From Hyalangium minutum (GTDB lineage Bacteria > Myxococcota > Myxococcia > Myxococcales > Myxococcaceae): a stretch of 62,000 nucleotides of DNA. A program made the translations under genes and the position numbers. The DNA lies in assembly GCF_000737315.1 (NCBI RefSeq), contig NZ_JMCB01000005.1, forward strand, positions 82,001 through 144,000. The letters run 5' to 3'. The notes beneath the pieces are model-generated. The model was not told the origin of the DNA, made no database searches, and saw only the letters and a list, made by a program, of their open reading frames with translations. How positions within the stretch are numbered: position 1 is the first letter of the stretch; each line of letters begins with the position of its first letter. Below are positions 1 to 11,535 of this stretch, piece after piece.

Positions 1-37
1 ACGGGTCTTCATTGACGGCTCTCCTTGGGAAACAACA

Positions 38-916
38 TCAACCTTTCACGCTTCCAGCCGTGAGGCCGGACACGAGGTACTTCTGGAGGAACAGGAACAG
101 AAACACCACGGGGATGGAGACGATGATGGAGCCTGCGGCGAAGTAGCCCCACTGCTGGGAGAACCCACCGACGAAGAAGCGGAGCCCGACCGGCGCCGTG
201 TACATGGCCTCTTGGTCCATGAAGGTAGCCGCCAAGATGAACTCATTCCAAGAGGTCATGAAAGAAAACAGCGCTGTCACGGCCACGGCGGGCTTAGCCA
301 GGGGAAGGATGATGCTCCAGAAAATCTTGCCTACCGAGGCGCCCTCCATGAGCGCCGCCTCCTCCAGGTCCTTCGGAATGGTGTCGAAGTAGCCCTTGAG
401 CATCCACACGCTGAAAGGGATGGAGGTGGTGGCGTAGACGATGATGAGGCCCAGCCGCGAGCTGCCCAGACCCAGCCACTGCACCAGGATGATGAACAGG
501 GGGATGAGCATCAGGGTGCCCGGGAACATCTGAGACACCAGGAAGGCCATCATGCCCGCGCGCTGGCCGGGGAACTTGAAGCGGCTGAAGGCGTAGGCGG
601 CGGTGCAGGCCAGGAAGACGCCCACCACGGTGGTGCCCACGGCGATGATGGCGCTGTTGAGCATCCACTGGGCGAACGGCTGCTCCGTCATCACCGAGCT
701 GAAGTTGGAGAAGGACCACTGCTCCGGCCACGGGGTGATGGCGCGCAGCCGGTCAGTGAACGTGGGCTCCGGCGGCAGCGTGGCGATGGCCAGGTTCTGC
801 CGCCCGGAGAAGGCGATCGTGACGACCCAGAGGATGGGGTAGATGGTGAAGAGGGTGAAGAGCACCAGCAGCACATGCAACGGCAGGTGCGGGACCCCTT
901 CGCGACGCGTGGCCAT
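38..916 (-). CDS. malG: Sugar ABC transporter permease (MalG-like)
   Basis: Multiple TM segments and EAA loop (LEEAALMEGAS); last visible gene of the mal operon; its ATG overlaps the malF stop (TAATG). Confidence 0.9.
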   Translation of the reverse strand: MATRREGVPHLPLHVLLVLFTLFTIYPILWVVTIAFSGRQNLAIATLPPEPTFTDRLRAITPWPEQWSFSNFSSVMTEQPFAQWMLNSAIIAVGTTVVGVFLACTAAYAFSRFKFPGQRAGMMAFLVSQMFPGTLMLIPLFIILVQWLGLGSSRLGLIIVYATTSIPFSVWMLKGYFDTIPKDLEEAALMEGASVGKIFWSIILPLAKPAVAVTALFSFMTSWNEFILAATFMDQEAMYTAPVGLRFFVGGFSQQWGYFAAGSIIVSIPVVFLFLFLQKYLVSGLTAGSVKG

Positions 917-2991
917 TACGCTGCCTCCGTGGCGCGTGAGAGACGGTTCTGCACCACGCTGTAGAGCAGCAGGATGCCGAAGATGACGGTGGAGTACGCC
1001 GCCGCGTAGCCGTAGCGGTAGCGCTGGAAGGCGTACTTGTACGCCTGCGTGACGAGGATCTCCGTGGAGTTGCCCGGCTCACCCTCCGTCACCAGGAAGA
1101 TGATGTTGAACATGTTGAAGGTCCACACCACCGACAGGATGACTGCGGGCACCAGCGCGGGCTTGAGCGAGGGCAGGGTGATGGCGACGAACTGCTGCCA
1201 GCGGCTGGCTCCGTCCACGCGCGCAGCCTCGTAAAGCTCCATGGGGATGGACTGCAGGGCGCCCAGCGACACCACCATCATGAAGGGGAACGAGAGCCAG
1301 CCGTTGGTGGCCAGCGCCGTCAGGTAGGAGGTGAAGGGGGACTCGAACCAGGACAGGCCCTGGCCGCCGAACATGCGGATGACGTGGTTCACCACGCCGA
1401 ACTGCTGGTGGAACATGCCCTTCCAGATGAGCGCGGTGATGTAGTTGGGCATGGCCCACGGCAGGATGAGCAGCACGCGGTAGATGGGGCGCAGCGCCAG
1501 GTTGGGGGTGTTGAGGATGAGCGCCAGCACCAGCCCCACCGAGACGCCGATCGCCACATTGGTGATGGTCCACACCACCGTGAAGAAGAGCGTCCAGTAG
1601 AAGTTCAGGTAGTTGAAGACCCAGGTGCCGTTGTCCCCCTGCCGGGCGATGTTGAAGTCCCCGAGGATCTCCACGTAGTTGCGCAGGCCGATCCAGATCT
1701 CCGTCAGCGGCTGGTTGGTGTTGTAGAGGTTGGCGTCCGTGAAGGAGAGGGTGATGCCGTAGATGAAGGGGAAGAAGACGAGCACCACCATGCCCACCAT
1801 GGCCGGCGCGATGTACGCGTAGGCCTCGCGGTGCTCCACCATCGTGGACACCGTGCGGTGCAGCCCGCCCAGGCCGATGAAGGCCAGCAGCGCCAGCCCC
1901 AGCAGCCCCAGCAGCGCCGAGGCCCGTGAGGCTTGGCTCTGCAGCGTCTCCACGCGCTGGGTGACCACGGCCTCGTTCACCGTGCCCTGCGCGTCCAGCA
2001 GGCCCAGCGGCTTGCGGTAGACGTCCGTGTCCCAGGTGCCCGGCGCGAGCGCCGGCTCGGTGGTGAGGTTCTGCGCGGTGATGGCCGCCTTGCCGCGCTC
2101 GGCGATGGCGCGCAGGTGCTCCGCCACCGCGCCCTGTGAGCCACGCACCCCGTCCTCCAGGGCGCGCATGGAGTACTGGGTGTAGCCGCCCAGGCCCGCC
2201 ATGAAGAGCACCGCCGCTGCAGCCACCAACTGCCACTGCCGCTGCAGCTTCACGAAGGAGACGCCCAGCAGCACCAGCAGCGGCAGGAAGAAGGCCAGCA
2301 GCACCGGCGCCAGCCCGGGACGCTCCGCCTTGGGGAGCGGCTGGGTGGCCAGATCCACCATGCCCACCACCCCTCCATCCGCCTCGACCGGCGCGGAGAA
2401 GAGCCGGCCGCCCGTGGGCAACAGCTCGATCTCGATCTCCGGCTTGCGGGCGCTGCCCTCTTCGCGGTTGGTCTCCACCGCGGCGCGCAGGCGCTGCCCA
2501 CGGTCGTAGATGACCTTCTCCTCGCGCGCGAGCCGCCGAGGCGCCGCCTTGTCGCCTTGGTCCTCCGGGAAGGTGGAGGACTCCAGCTTGACGCCGGAGA
2601 AGGCGATCACGCGCACGTGGCTGCCCGCGGGCAGCTGCTCCTTGGCCGCGTCCACCACGGCGCGCACCCCATCTCCGCTGCCGCCCGCGCGGCGCACGAG
2701 GTCCGCCAGGGCGTTCAGGGAGATGAGGGTGCGGCGCTGCTCGCGCTCGATGGCGGCGTCTTCACGCGCCTGGGCGAGCAGGGCGTAAGCCAGCGCCAGC
2801 CCCACGCCGAGCGCAAGGGCCAGCCCCACCAGCACGCGGGGCCGCCGCACGCTGGGGGGATTCGTCTGAGGAGGAATCACGGAGGAGCCTGCTGCAGGGG
2901 GAGAGACCTGGACACCGGAGGGACCGGGCCCAGGAGCGGCGGCGCCAGGGGAGGCGCCGCCCGAGGAAGGCGGGGGTACGGCGCTGCTCAC
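916..2991 (-). CDS. malF: Sugar ABC transporter permease (MalF-like) with long N-terminal membrane/periplasmic extension
   Basis: C-terminal half is a CUT1 permease (YAYIAPAM...FFPF, EAA loop LYEAARVDGAS); about 390 extra N-terminal residues carry four hydrophobic segments and two soluble loops. Confidence 0.88.
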   Translation of the reverse strand: MSSAVPPPSSGGASPGAAAPGPGPSGVQVSPPAAGSSVIPPQTNPPSVRRPRVLVGLALALGVGLALAYALLAQAREDAAIEREQRRTLISLNALADLVRRAGGSGDGVRAVVDAAKEQLPAGSHVRVIAFSGVKLESSTFPEDQGDKAAPRRLAREEKVIYDRGQRLRAAVETNREEGSARKPEIEIELLPTGGRLFSAPVEADGGVVGMVDLATQPLPKAERPGLAPVLLAFFLPLLVLLGVSFVKLQRQWQLVAAAAVLFMAGLGGYTQYSMRALEDGVRGSQGAVAEHLRAIAERGKAAITAQNLTTEPALAPGTWDTDVYRKPLGLLDAQGTVNEAVVTQRVETLQSQASRASALLGLLGLALLAFIGLGGLHRTVSTMVEHREAYAYIAPAMVGMVVLVFFPFIYGITLSFTDANLYNTNQPLTEIWIGLRNYVEILGDFNIARQGDNGTWVFNYLNFYWTLFFTVVWTITNVAIGVSVGLVLALILNTPNLALRPIYRVLLILPWAMPNYITALIWKGMFHQQFGVVNHVIRMFGGQGLSWFESPFTSYLTALATNGWLSFPFMMVVSLGALQSIPMELYEAARVDGASRWQQFVAITLPSLKPALVPAVILSVVWTFNMFNIIFLVTEGEPGNSTEILVTQAYKYAFQRYRYGYAAAYSTVIFGILLLYSVVQNRLSRATEAA

Positions 2992-4214
2992 TTCTTCCGC
3001 AGCCCCGCGACGTCCTTGGCCACCTGCTGCTGCGCCTTGTCGAGCGCGGCCTTCGGCGAAGAGGTCTTCTTCAGGATGGCGTTCATCGCCGTGGTGGCCG
3101 GCGACCAGACCATGGTCATCTCCGGCACGTTCGGCATGGGCACCGCCACGTTCACCTGATCACGGAACGCCTTGAGCTGCGGATCCTTGGACACGTCGGC
3201 GTCGTTGTAGACCTCGGTGTTCGCGGGACTCTGGCGGCCCTCGAGCGCCAGCACCTTGGCGGAGGTCGTCAGGGTGAGGAACTTGGCGAACTCGAAAGCG
3301 GCCTCCTTGTTCTTCGAGGGAGCCGTCACGTACACGCCCTCCACCGTCATCCACGGGCGCATCGGCTTGCCGCCCGCCTCGTCAATCGTGGGCAGGGTGG
3401 TGATGCCGTAGTCGATGCCCTTGGCGATCTCGCCCAGGAACCACGGACCGGAGAACACGATGCCCGCCTTGCCGTCGTTGAAGAGCGAGGTGATGAGCGC
3501 CGTAGAGGGCTCCGCGGGGAGGATGCCGTCCTTGTCGATCCACTTGAGCAGGTAGTCGATGGACTGCACGTTCTCCTTGGAGTTCATCGTGGGGTTGAAC
3601 TTGGCGTCGAACACGCCGCCGCCGAAGCCGTTCATCAGCGCCGCGTGGTAGTAGAAGTCGCCGTACGAGTACGCCAGCCCGAAGCGCCCGGCCTTCTTGT
3701 CCGTGAGCTTCTTGGCCAGGGCGACCAGCTCGCCGGTGGTCTTCGGCGGGGTGGGGACGAGCTTCTTGTTATAGATGAGCGCGATGTTCTTGTAGTTCAG
3801 CGGCAGCCCGTACACAGTGCCCCGGTACGTCATCGCCTGCATCGTGGTGGGGATGAAGCGCTGCTTGAGCGCGTCATCCAGGAAGAAGTCGATGGGCTCG
3901 ATGGTGTTGCCGGCCTCGATCCAGCCGCCCAGACGGTCCTGCGCGAAGATGAAGAGGTCCGGACCTTTGCCGCGCGGCACGGTGGCGGTGATCTTGTCCG
4001 CGAAGGCGTCATACGGCACGGCCAGCGTGGTGACCTTGAACTTGCCGGCGTTGGCCTTGTTGTACTCGGCCACCACCTTCTCCAGCGCGGACTTCTCCTC
4101 GGCACGGTAGGAGTGCCACAGGACGATCTCCGTCTCGGCGGCGGCGGCGGTCAGGGGCAGCAGACCGAGCACACTGAGGCACACGGCCGCGATCAGCAGT
4201 CGCAGGTTCTTCAT
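2988..4214 (-). CDS. malE: Maltose/maltodextrin-binding periplasmic protein
   Basis: Signal peptide; SBP family 1 features (GPDLF, YGLP, FSGPW, PMPNVPEM..VW); coupled to malF by a 4-nt overlap. Confidence 0.88.
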   Translation of the reverse strand: MKNLRLLIAAVCLSVLGLLPLTAAAAETEIVLWHSYRAEEKSALEKVVAEYNKANAGKFKVTTLAVPYDAFADKITATVPRGKGPDLFIFAQDRLGGWIEAGNTIEPIDFFLDDALKQRFIPTTMQAMTYRGTVYGLPLNYKNIALIYNKKLVPTPPKTTGELVALAKKLTDKKAGRFGLAYSYGDFYYHAALMNGFGGGVFDAKFNPTMNSKENVQSIDYLLKWIDKDGILPAEPSTALITSLFNDGKAGIVFSGPWFLGEIAKGIDYGITTLPTIDEAGGKPMRPWMTVEGVYVTAPSKNKEAAFEFAKFLTLTTSAKVLALEGRQSPANTEVYNDADVSKDPQLKAFRDQVNVAVPMPNVPEMTMVWSPATTAMNAILKKTSSPKAALDKAQQQVAKDVAGLRKK

Positions 4215-4243
4215 GAGTGGGGCGCTCCGGGGAAGCAGGCGAA

Positions 4244-5338
<1,095 letters not shown>

Positions 5339-5365
5339 CAGATCCCTCGCCCCTGAACTTCAGGG

Positions 5366-6955
5366 TTATTGGGTTTGGATTCTTCCCAGGATGCGTGCCC
5401 CGAGCGGCTCCACCGTGAGCTCCAGGGAGGGGCCTTCCAGCCGGCCCCCGTTCAACACGTCTTCCGCCGCCGTCCTGCCCCACGCCTCGGGCCAGGGCAG
5501 CGACACCTTCGCTGGCTGCGCGCCGCGGTTGATCGCCACGATCACCGCGTCGCCCGAGCCCGCCTCGTGCCGCAGGAAGACATAGAGGTCTCCGTCGGTG
5601 GAGAGCCCCTGGTGCGTCCCCCGCGAGAGCGCCACGTGCGCGCGGCGGATGGAGGTGAGCTTCTGGTAGAGCTTGCGCAGGTCCTCGTCGCGCGGCTTGC
5701 CGGCGCCGGGCCTCACGTCGCGCGAGCCCCACGGCATGTCGCTGCGGTTCGCGGGCCAGTCGCCGCCGGGGCGGGCGACCTCCTCGCCGTAATAGAGGGT
5801 GGGGATGCCGGAGGTGGTGAGCTGCAGCACCACCGCGAGGCGGAAGCGCTTCACGTCGCCCTCGAGCTGGTGCAGTGCGCCCGTCACGTCATGCGAGGAC
5901 AGGAAGTGGGCCAGCAGGTAGCCGGGGCGCACCTTGGCGCGTGACTTGAGGTACTTGTCGAAGGCGATGGTGCGGCCGCGGCCCTGCACGAAGGCGAGCG
6001 TGCTGCCCTGGAAGCCGAAGTCGAAGCCGGCGTCCATCTCGTCCCCGGCGAACCACGGGTCCAGCGACTCCGCGTCGCCACCCCATACCTCGCCCAGCAG
6101 GAAGAAGTCCTTGCTCACCTCTTCGCGCAGGCGGCGGCGGTGCTCCTTCCAGAAGGGGTGATCCACGTGCTTCACCGTGTCCAGCCGGAAGCCGTCCACC
6201 CCGGAGCGCTTGGCCCAGTCCAGCTGCGCGTCCAGCAGGTACTTGGCCACCTCGGGCAGCTCTGTCTTGAAGTCCGGCAGGCCGGAGACGCAGCTCGTCA
6301 CGTCGTCCTGGCCGCAGGTGCCCCGCTCCTCCGAGCGCAGCCAGTTCTTCGTCTCGGGCTTCGTGACGTAGTGCGAGTTGTAGCCCGGGTGGTTGTAGAC
6401 CACGTCCAGCAGCACGCGGATGCCCCGGCGGTGCGCGTCGTCCACCAGCGCGCGCAGGTCTTCCTCGGTGCCGATGCGCGGATCCAGCTGGTGGAAGTCA
6501 TCCGCCCAGTAGCCGTGGTAGCCCCAGTCCGGGAAGCCCGCGCCGGTGACGAAGCTGTCGATGTTCTTCACCACCGGAGTGATCCACAGCGCTGTCACGC
6601 CCAGCGAGCTCAGCTCGTCCAGCTGCTGGCGCAGGCCCTTCAGGTCTCCACCGTGGAAGGCGCCTTGCGCGGCCACGTCCACCGCCGTGTTGTTGGCGGC
6701 ATCTCCGTCGGCGAAGCGATCGACGACGACGAAGTAGAGGATCTCGTCCGCCCAGGGGCGCGGTGCCACTTTGGGCGCGGCGGGCGGAGCGGGGGGCTGC
6801 GGGGCGGCTGCGGTGGGGGGGCTCGCGGGGGTGGGCCCAGCCTCGGGCTGTGGAGCAGTGTGTGCGCAACTCAGCAGGTGAAGCGCGAAAAGCAGCGGCA
6901 CCGTTGCATGACGCAAGCGCACAAGAGCTTGGCTGCGGGGCTGGGGGTCCTGCAT
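5366..6955 (-). CDS. GH13 alpha-amylase family glycosidase, predicted lipoprotein
   Basis: GH13 conserved regions DVVYNH, GFRLDTVKH, GEVW, FLSSHD; lipobox-like LLSC followed by a Pro/Ala linker. Confidence 0.9.
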   Translation of the reverse strand: MQDPQPRSQALVRLRHATVPLLFALHLLSCAHTAPQPEAGPTPASPPTAAAPQPPAPPAAPKVAPRPWADEILYFVVVDRFADGDAANNTAVDVAAQGAFHGGDLKGLRQQLDELSSLGVTALWITPVVKNIDSFVTGAGFPDWGYHGYWADDFHQLDPRIGTEEDLRALVDDAHRRGIRVLLDVVYNHPGYNSHYVTKPETKNWLRSEERGTCGQDDVTSCVSGLPDFKTELPEVAKYLLDAQLDWAKRSGVDGFRLDTVKHVDHPFWKEHRRRLREEVSKDFFLLGEVWGGDAESLDPWFAGDEMDAGFDFGFQGSTLAFVQGRGRTIAFDKYLKSRAKVRPGYLLAHFLSSHDVTGALHQLEGDVKRFRLAVVLQLTTSGIPTLYYGEEVARPGGDWPANRSDMPWGSRDVRPGAGKPRDEDLRKLYQKLTSIRRAHVALSRGTHQGLSTDGDLYVFLRHEAGSGDAVIVAINRGAQPAKVSLPWPEAWGRTAAEDVLNGGRLEGPSLELTVEPLGARILGRIQTQ

Positions 6956-7158
6956 CGCGGCGCGACTGTTTCACAGAATGCTGGAGAGGTGAACTGTCTG
7001 TCGCCCCCCCCAGCAGACCTCTTTGGTCACGTTCCCCAGCGCGTTCGGAATGATGCGCCGCGTCGATATTTCCGAGTGAAACGGCGCTACCACCCAGAGT
7101 CTGACGCGGTGCGTATCGGGCAGAGGTGACTTCGTCCGTGGGCCAGAAAGTGCCTACC

Positions 7159-7596
7159 TCATGGGTTTTGGCGGTAGGGCGAGGGCTCCTCGGGCCAGGC
7201 GTTCGGCTGGCACTGGGTCTGGTCGTTGTCGATGACGACCTCGCGCGCGATGCGCTCCTGGTTGTTGTAGTCGAACGAGGTGCGCACCTGGGCGCCCGGC
7301 GCCAGGTACTCGCGGGCCACGAGGTCTCCGTTGCGATCCTTGTACATCGTCTGCTCGTCGACGCGCATGGAGCGCTCGAAGCCCTTGTCATCGCGGACGA
7401 TCAGCGTGTCGCGGTAGTCGGCCACTACAGTGCCTCGGATGAGCGGGCCGGTGTCACCCCGGGCGATGTCCGGGTTTTGGGCCACGCGCGTGGGCGGAGA
7501 GGCCTCCGAGGAGTAGCCCCCCACGGTTGTGCCCGTCGCGCACCCCCACAAGCACGCCGCTCCCAACGCCGCCGCTCCCATGATCCAGGTCTTCAT
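7159..7596 (-). CDS. Hypothetical lipoprotein
   Basis: 145 aa, lipobox LWGC, plausible ATG start; beta-rich core; no family recognised. Confidence 0.7.
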   Translation of the reverse strand: MKTWIMGAAALGAACLWGCATGTTVGGYSSEASPPTRVAQNPDIARGDTGPLIRGTVVADYRDTLIVRDDKGFERSMRVDEQTMYKDRNGDLVAREYLAPGAQVRTSFDYNNQERIAREVVIDNDQTQCQPNAWPEEPSPYRQNP

Positions 7597-7885
7597 GCGT
7601 GGTCACCCCCGTTCGGCGGAACGCTCCGCCCATCCACGGGCAGGGTGGCGACGCCACTCGGCACCTCGCAAGCCCGGCTCCGCTCCCTGAGGGGCAGGCG
7701 AGCGCAATCCCAGGGTTTCCCAGGTTCTGCTGGCAATCCGCACTGTCTGCTCCCTTACGAGGAGGGCACAGCGGGAGCCAGTCTGGACGCTTGCTCACCC
7801 AGCCCTGCTAGTCTGCGCACGCTTCGCGCCGGGCCAGGCCTCTTGCTTCTTCGTCGCGAGTCACACGTGCCAGCGCTCATCGCTG

Positions 7886-10800
7886 GTGCCGTTCTTCAAC
7901 CCTTGGAGGTGTGTCCTGAGAGTTCCATTTCGTTTCCCGTTACGGGTGCGCCCGCTGGCGCTGAGCGCGCTGCTGGCCACCGCCGCTGCTCCGCTGACCG
8001 CCGTGGCAGCTCCCAACTCCGTGACCGTCATCGGTGACTTCCAGAGCCAAGCCGGATGTACGGCCAACAATGATCCCACGTGTGCCGCGACCCAGCTCAC
8101 GCTCGAGCAGGCCGACGGCGTATGGCAGGGCAGCTTCGCGGTCCCGGCTGGTACCTGGCACTACAAGGTCGCCCTCGACGGCGCGCTGACGGAGACGTAC
8201 CCCTCGGCGGAGCTGACGCTCACGAAGGCCGCCGCCGGGACGGTGAAGTTCTACTATGACCCCAACACCCACTACGTCCGCGACAACGTGGCGACGATCG
8301 CAGTGGCTCCTGGCAACTTCCAAGGAGAGCTGGGCTGTCCCCTGCTGCCTCCCGACAACAATGGCGACTGGCAGCCGGACTGCCTCAAGTCCTGGCTCCA
8401 GGACCCAGATGGGGACGGCACCTTCACGCTGACGACCACGGCCATTCCGCCCGGCTCGTATGAGGGCAAGGTGGCCATCAACGAGAGCTGGGACGAGAAC
8501 TATGGCCAGAATGGCGTCCGAAACGGTCCCAACATCGGATTCACCGTGACCCAGGCCGGCGAGGAGGTGGTGTTCTCCTGGAACTCCACGAGCAAGAAGG
8601 CAACGATTCGCCCGGCGAACGCGGCATCAGGTGACATCCTCCTGGCGCGGGCGCACTGGGTGGCTCCGGACACGCTGGCGTGGAGCCCGCAGGCCGAGAC
8701 GATCCCCACGGACGCGGTCTTCCGGCTGCACTCCGAGCCGGAGGGTGCCATGCGCCTGACGGACACGGGCATCCAGGGTGGTACCGCCATCATGCTCACG
8801 CAGGACACGGCGGGCCTGAGCGACGCGCTCAAGGCGCGCTTCCCGCACCTGGCCACGGCCCTGGCGCTGAAGATCCCCTCAGGGGAGCAGTCCAAGGTGG
8901 CGGCGCTCCTCAAGGGGCAGCTTGTCGTGTCGGTCAGCTCGAGCGCGGGCAAGGTGCTGGATGCCACCTCTGTGCAGCTCGCGGGCGCGCTCGACGCGCT
9001 TTACACGTACACGGGGACGCTGGGGCCGACGTTTGACGCGGGGGTGCCTACGCTGCGCGTCTGGGCTCCCACGGCGCGCAAGGTGTCGCTGCTGATCTTC
9101 GACTCGTCCACCGCAGCGGATCCGTCCGAGACGATCGCGATGGAGGCGGGAGACAAAGGCGTGTGGTCCGCCACCGGCACCGCCGCGTGGACGGGCAAGT
9201 ACTACCTCTATGAGGTGGAGGTCTACGTCCGCAAGGAGCAGGCGGTGAAGGTCAACCGCGTCACGGATCCGTACTCGGTGAGCCTCTCCACCAACAGCGC
9301 GCGCAGCCAGATCATCGACCTGAATGCCGCGGCCCTGGCCCCCACGGACTGGAGCGCGCTGGAGAAGCCCACGCTGGCGGCCCCCGAGGACATCGTCCTG
9401 TACGAGCTGCACGTGCGCGACTTCAGCATCAACGACGGCACCGTTCCGGAGGCGGACCGGGGCACCTTCAAGGCGTTCACCCACGACTCCAACGGCACCA
9501 AGCACCTGAAGAAGCTGGCCGACGCGGGCGTGACGCACGTGCACCTGCTGCCGGTGTTCGACATCGCCACCATCAACGAGAACCGCGCCGAGCAGGCCCT
9601 GCCGGCCGGAGACCTGGCGTCGATGCCGCCGGACTCGGAGCAGCAGCAGGCCGCGGTGGCCGCGGTGAAGGACGCGGACGGCTTCAACTGGGGCTATGAC
9701 CCGTATCACTACACCGTTCCCGAGGGCAGCTACTCGACCCACCCGGACGGCACCACCCGCATCCTCGAGTTCCGCGAGATGGTGCAGGCCGTCAACCAGC
9801 GCGGCCTGCGCGTGGTGATGGACGTGGTCTACAACCACACCAACTCGGCCGGGCAGGACTCGAAGTCGGTGCTGGATCGGATCGTCCCCGGCTACTACCA
9901 CCGGCTCAACGGCGACGGGAACGTGGAGACCTCCACGTGCTGCCAGAACACCGCCACCGAGAACGCCATGATGGAGAAGCTCATGGTGGACTCGCTGGTG
10001 ACCTGGGCCAAGCAGTACAAGGTGGACGGCTTCCGCTTCGACCTGATGGGCCACCACATGAAGTCCAACATGCTCAAGGTGCGCGCGGCGCTGGATTCGC
10101 TCACCGTGGCCAGGGACGGCGTGGACGGCAAGGCCATCTACGTCTACGGCGAGGGCTGGAACTTCGGCGAGGTGGCCAACAACGCCCGCGGCGTGAACGC
10201 CACGCAGCTCAACATGCCCGGCACGGGCATTGGCACCTTCAGCGATCGGCTCCGCGATGCGGCGCGCGGCGGTGGCCCGTTCAGCGGGCTGCAGGAGCAG
10301 GGCTTCATCAGCGGCCTCTTCTATGAACCGAACAGCACCCACCAGGGCACGGCGGACCAGCAGAAGACGCTGCTGCTGCAGCACATGGACCGCATCCGCG
10401 TGGGGCTGGCGGGCAACCTCCGGGACTACACGTTCACCGACGTGCAGGGCGCCAAGGTGAAGGGCTCGGATGTGAAGTACGGCGGTGACCCCGCGGGCTA
10501 CACGCTGGATCCGCAGGAGGTCATCACCTACGTGTCCGCCCACGACAACGAGACGTTGTTCGACGCGGTGCAGATGAAGGCCCCGCGCAACGCGAGCATG
10601 GAAGTGCGGGTGCGCATGCACAACATGGGCATCAGCCTGGTGGCGCTGGGCCAGGGCATCCCGTTCTTCCACGCGGGCGACGAGATCCTCCGCTCCAAGT
10701 CGCTGGACCGCAACAGCTTCAACTCGGGCGACTGGTTCAACAAGATCGACTGGACCTACCAGTCCAACAACTGGGGCGTGGGCCTGCCTCCGGCCGGTGA

Positions 10801-11398
10801 CAACCAGAGCAACTGGCCGGTGATGAAGGAGCTGCTCGGCGATCCGGCGCTCAAGGCGTCGCCGGCGCACATCTCCAGCGCCCTGGCTCACTTCCTGGAG
10901 GTCATCCGCATCCGCAAGAGCTCCCCGCTGTTCCGGCTCCGGACGGGCGCGGAGATCCAGCAGCAGGTGACGTTCGAGAACACCGGGCCGAACCAGATCC
11001 CCGGCCTCATCGTGATGCACATTGAGGACGACCGGTACGCGCTGGCAGGAGCAACCACCGACGCGGTGGTGCTCTTCAACGCGAGCGATGAGCAGCAGCG
11101 CTTCGCGTCGGACACCTTCAAGGATGTGGCGTTCGAGCTGCACCCGGTGCTCAAGGAGTCCGCTGACGCCGCAGCCCGTACGTCCTCGTTCGAGGCCAGC
11201 TCCGGCACGTTCACCGTGCCGGCGCGCACCACGGCGGTGTTCATGGCCAAGCGGGCCGCGCCCATTCCCAAGGGCCCTGGGGACACTGGCACCGATGACA
11301 GCTGTGGCTGCTCGGGTGGCGGGAGCGCGGCGTTCAGCGCCTTCGGCCTGCTGCTCGGCCTGAGCGCGCTGCGGCGGTCGCGCCGCCGCGAGTCGTAA
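7886..11398 (+). CDS. pulA: Pullulanase-type alpha-1,6-glucosidase (GH13) with N-terminal X25-like modules and MYXO-CTERM-like anchor
   Basis: [34 protein letters not shown] motifs; signal peptide; tail [30 protein letters not shown]. True start may be CTG at 7916. Confidence 0.9.
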   Translation: MPFFNPWRCVLRVPFRFPLRVRPLALSALLATAAAPLTAVAAPNSVTVIGDFQSQAGCTANNDPTCAATQLTLEQADGVWQGSFAVPAGTWHYKVALDGALTETYPSAELTLTKAAAGTVKFYYDPNTHYVRDNVATIAVAPGNFQGELGCPLLPPDNNGDWQPDCLKSWLQDPDGDGTFTLTTTAIPPGSYEGKVAINESWDENYGQNGVRNGPNIGFTVTQAGEEVVFSWNSTSKKATIRPANAASGDILLARAHWVAPDTLAWSPQAETIPTDAVFRLHSEPEGAMRLTDTGIQGGTAIMLTQDTAGLSDALKARFPHLATALALKIPSGEQSKVAALLKGQLVVSVSSSAGKVLDATSVQLAGALDALYTYTGTLGPTFDAGVPTLRVWAPTARKVSLLIFDSSTAADPSETIAMEAGDKGVWSATGTAAWTGKYYLYEVEVYVRKEQAVKVNRVTDPYSVSLSTNSARSQIIDLNAAALAPTDWSALEKPTLAAPEDIVLYELHVRDFSINDGTVPEADRGTFKAFTHDSNGTKHLKKLADAGVTHVHLLPVFDIATINENRAEQALPAGDLASMPPDSEQQQAAVAAVKDADGFNWGYDPYHYTVPEGSYSTHPDGTTRILEFREMVQAVNQRGLRVVMDVVYNHTNSAGQDSKSVLDRIVPGYYHRLNGDGNVETSTCCQNTATENAMMEKLMVDSLVTWAKQYKVDGFRFDLMGHHMKSNMLKVRAALDSLTVARDGVDGKAIYVYGEGWNFGEVANNARGVNATQLNMPGTGIGTFSDRLRDAARGGGPFSGLQEQGFISGLFYEPNSTHQGTADQQKTLLLQHMDRIRVGLAGNLRDYTFTDVQGAKVKGSDVKYGGDPAGYTLDPQEVITYVSAHDNETLFDAVQMKAPRNASMEVRVRMHNMGISLVALGQGIPFFHAGDEILRSKSLDRNSFNSGDWFNKIDWTYQSNNWGVGLPPAGDNQSNWPVMKELLGDPALKASPAHISSALAHFLEVIRIRKSSPLFRLRTGAEIQQQVTFENTGPNQIPGLIVMHIEDDRYALAGATTDAVVLFNASDEQQRFASDTFKDVAFELHPVLKESADAAARTSSFEASSGTFTVPARTTAVFMAKRAAPIPKGPGDTGTDDSCGCSGGGSAAFSAFGLLLGLSALRRSRRRES

Positions 11399-11411
11399 GC
11401 TTCACCCTCGG

Positions 11412-11446
11412 CTGGCGCCCTGCTCGCACGCAGGGCAGGGCGCCAG
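11412..11446 (+). terminator. GC-rich stem-loop after pulA, possible terminator or stabiliser
   Basis: 11-bp inverted repeat CTGGCGCCCTG/CAGGGCGCCAG starting 14 nt after the stop; no clear U-tract. Confidence 0.4.
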
Positions 11447-11535
11447 TGTTGTGAGCGGCCAGGGTGGCTGGGTGGGCGGGTGAGACGCGGACGCGCTATC
11501 GTCCGGTGACTCCCCGGCCTCGAGACCTCTACCGC

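Noticed and set aside
7004-7011. C8 homopolymer upstream of the amylase operon, possible phase-variation tract
   Set aside because: Short for a high-GC genome and not placeable within a defined promoter.
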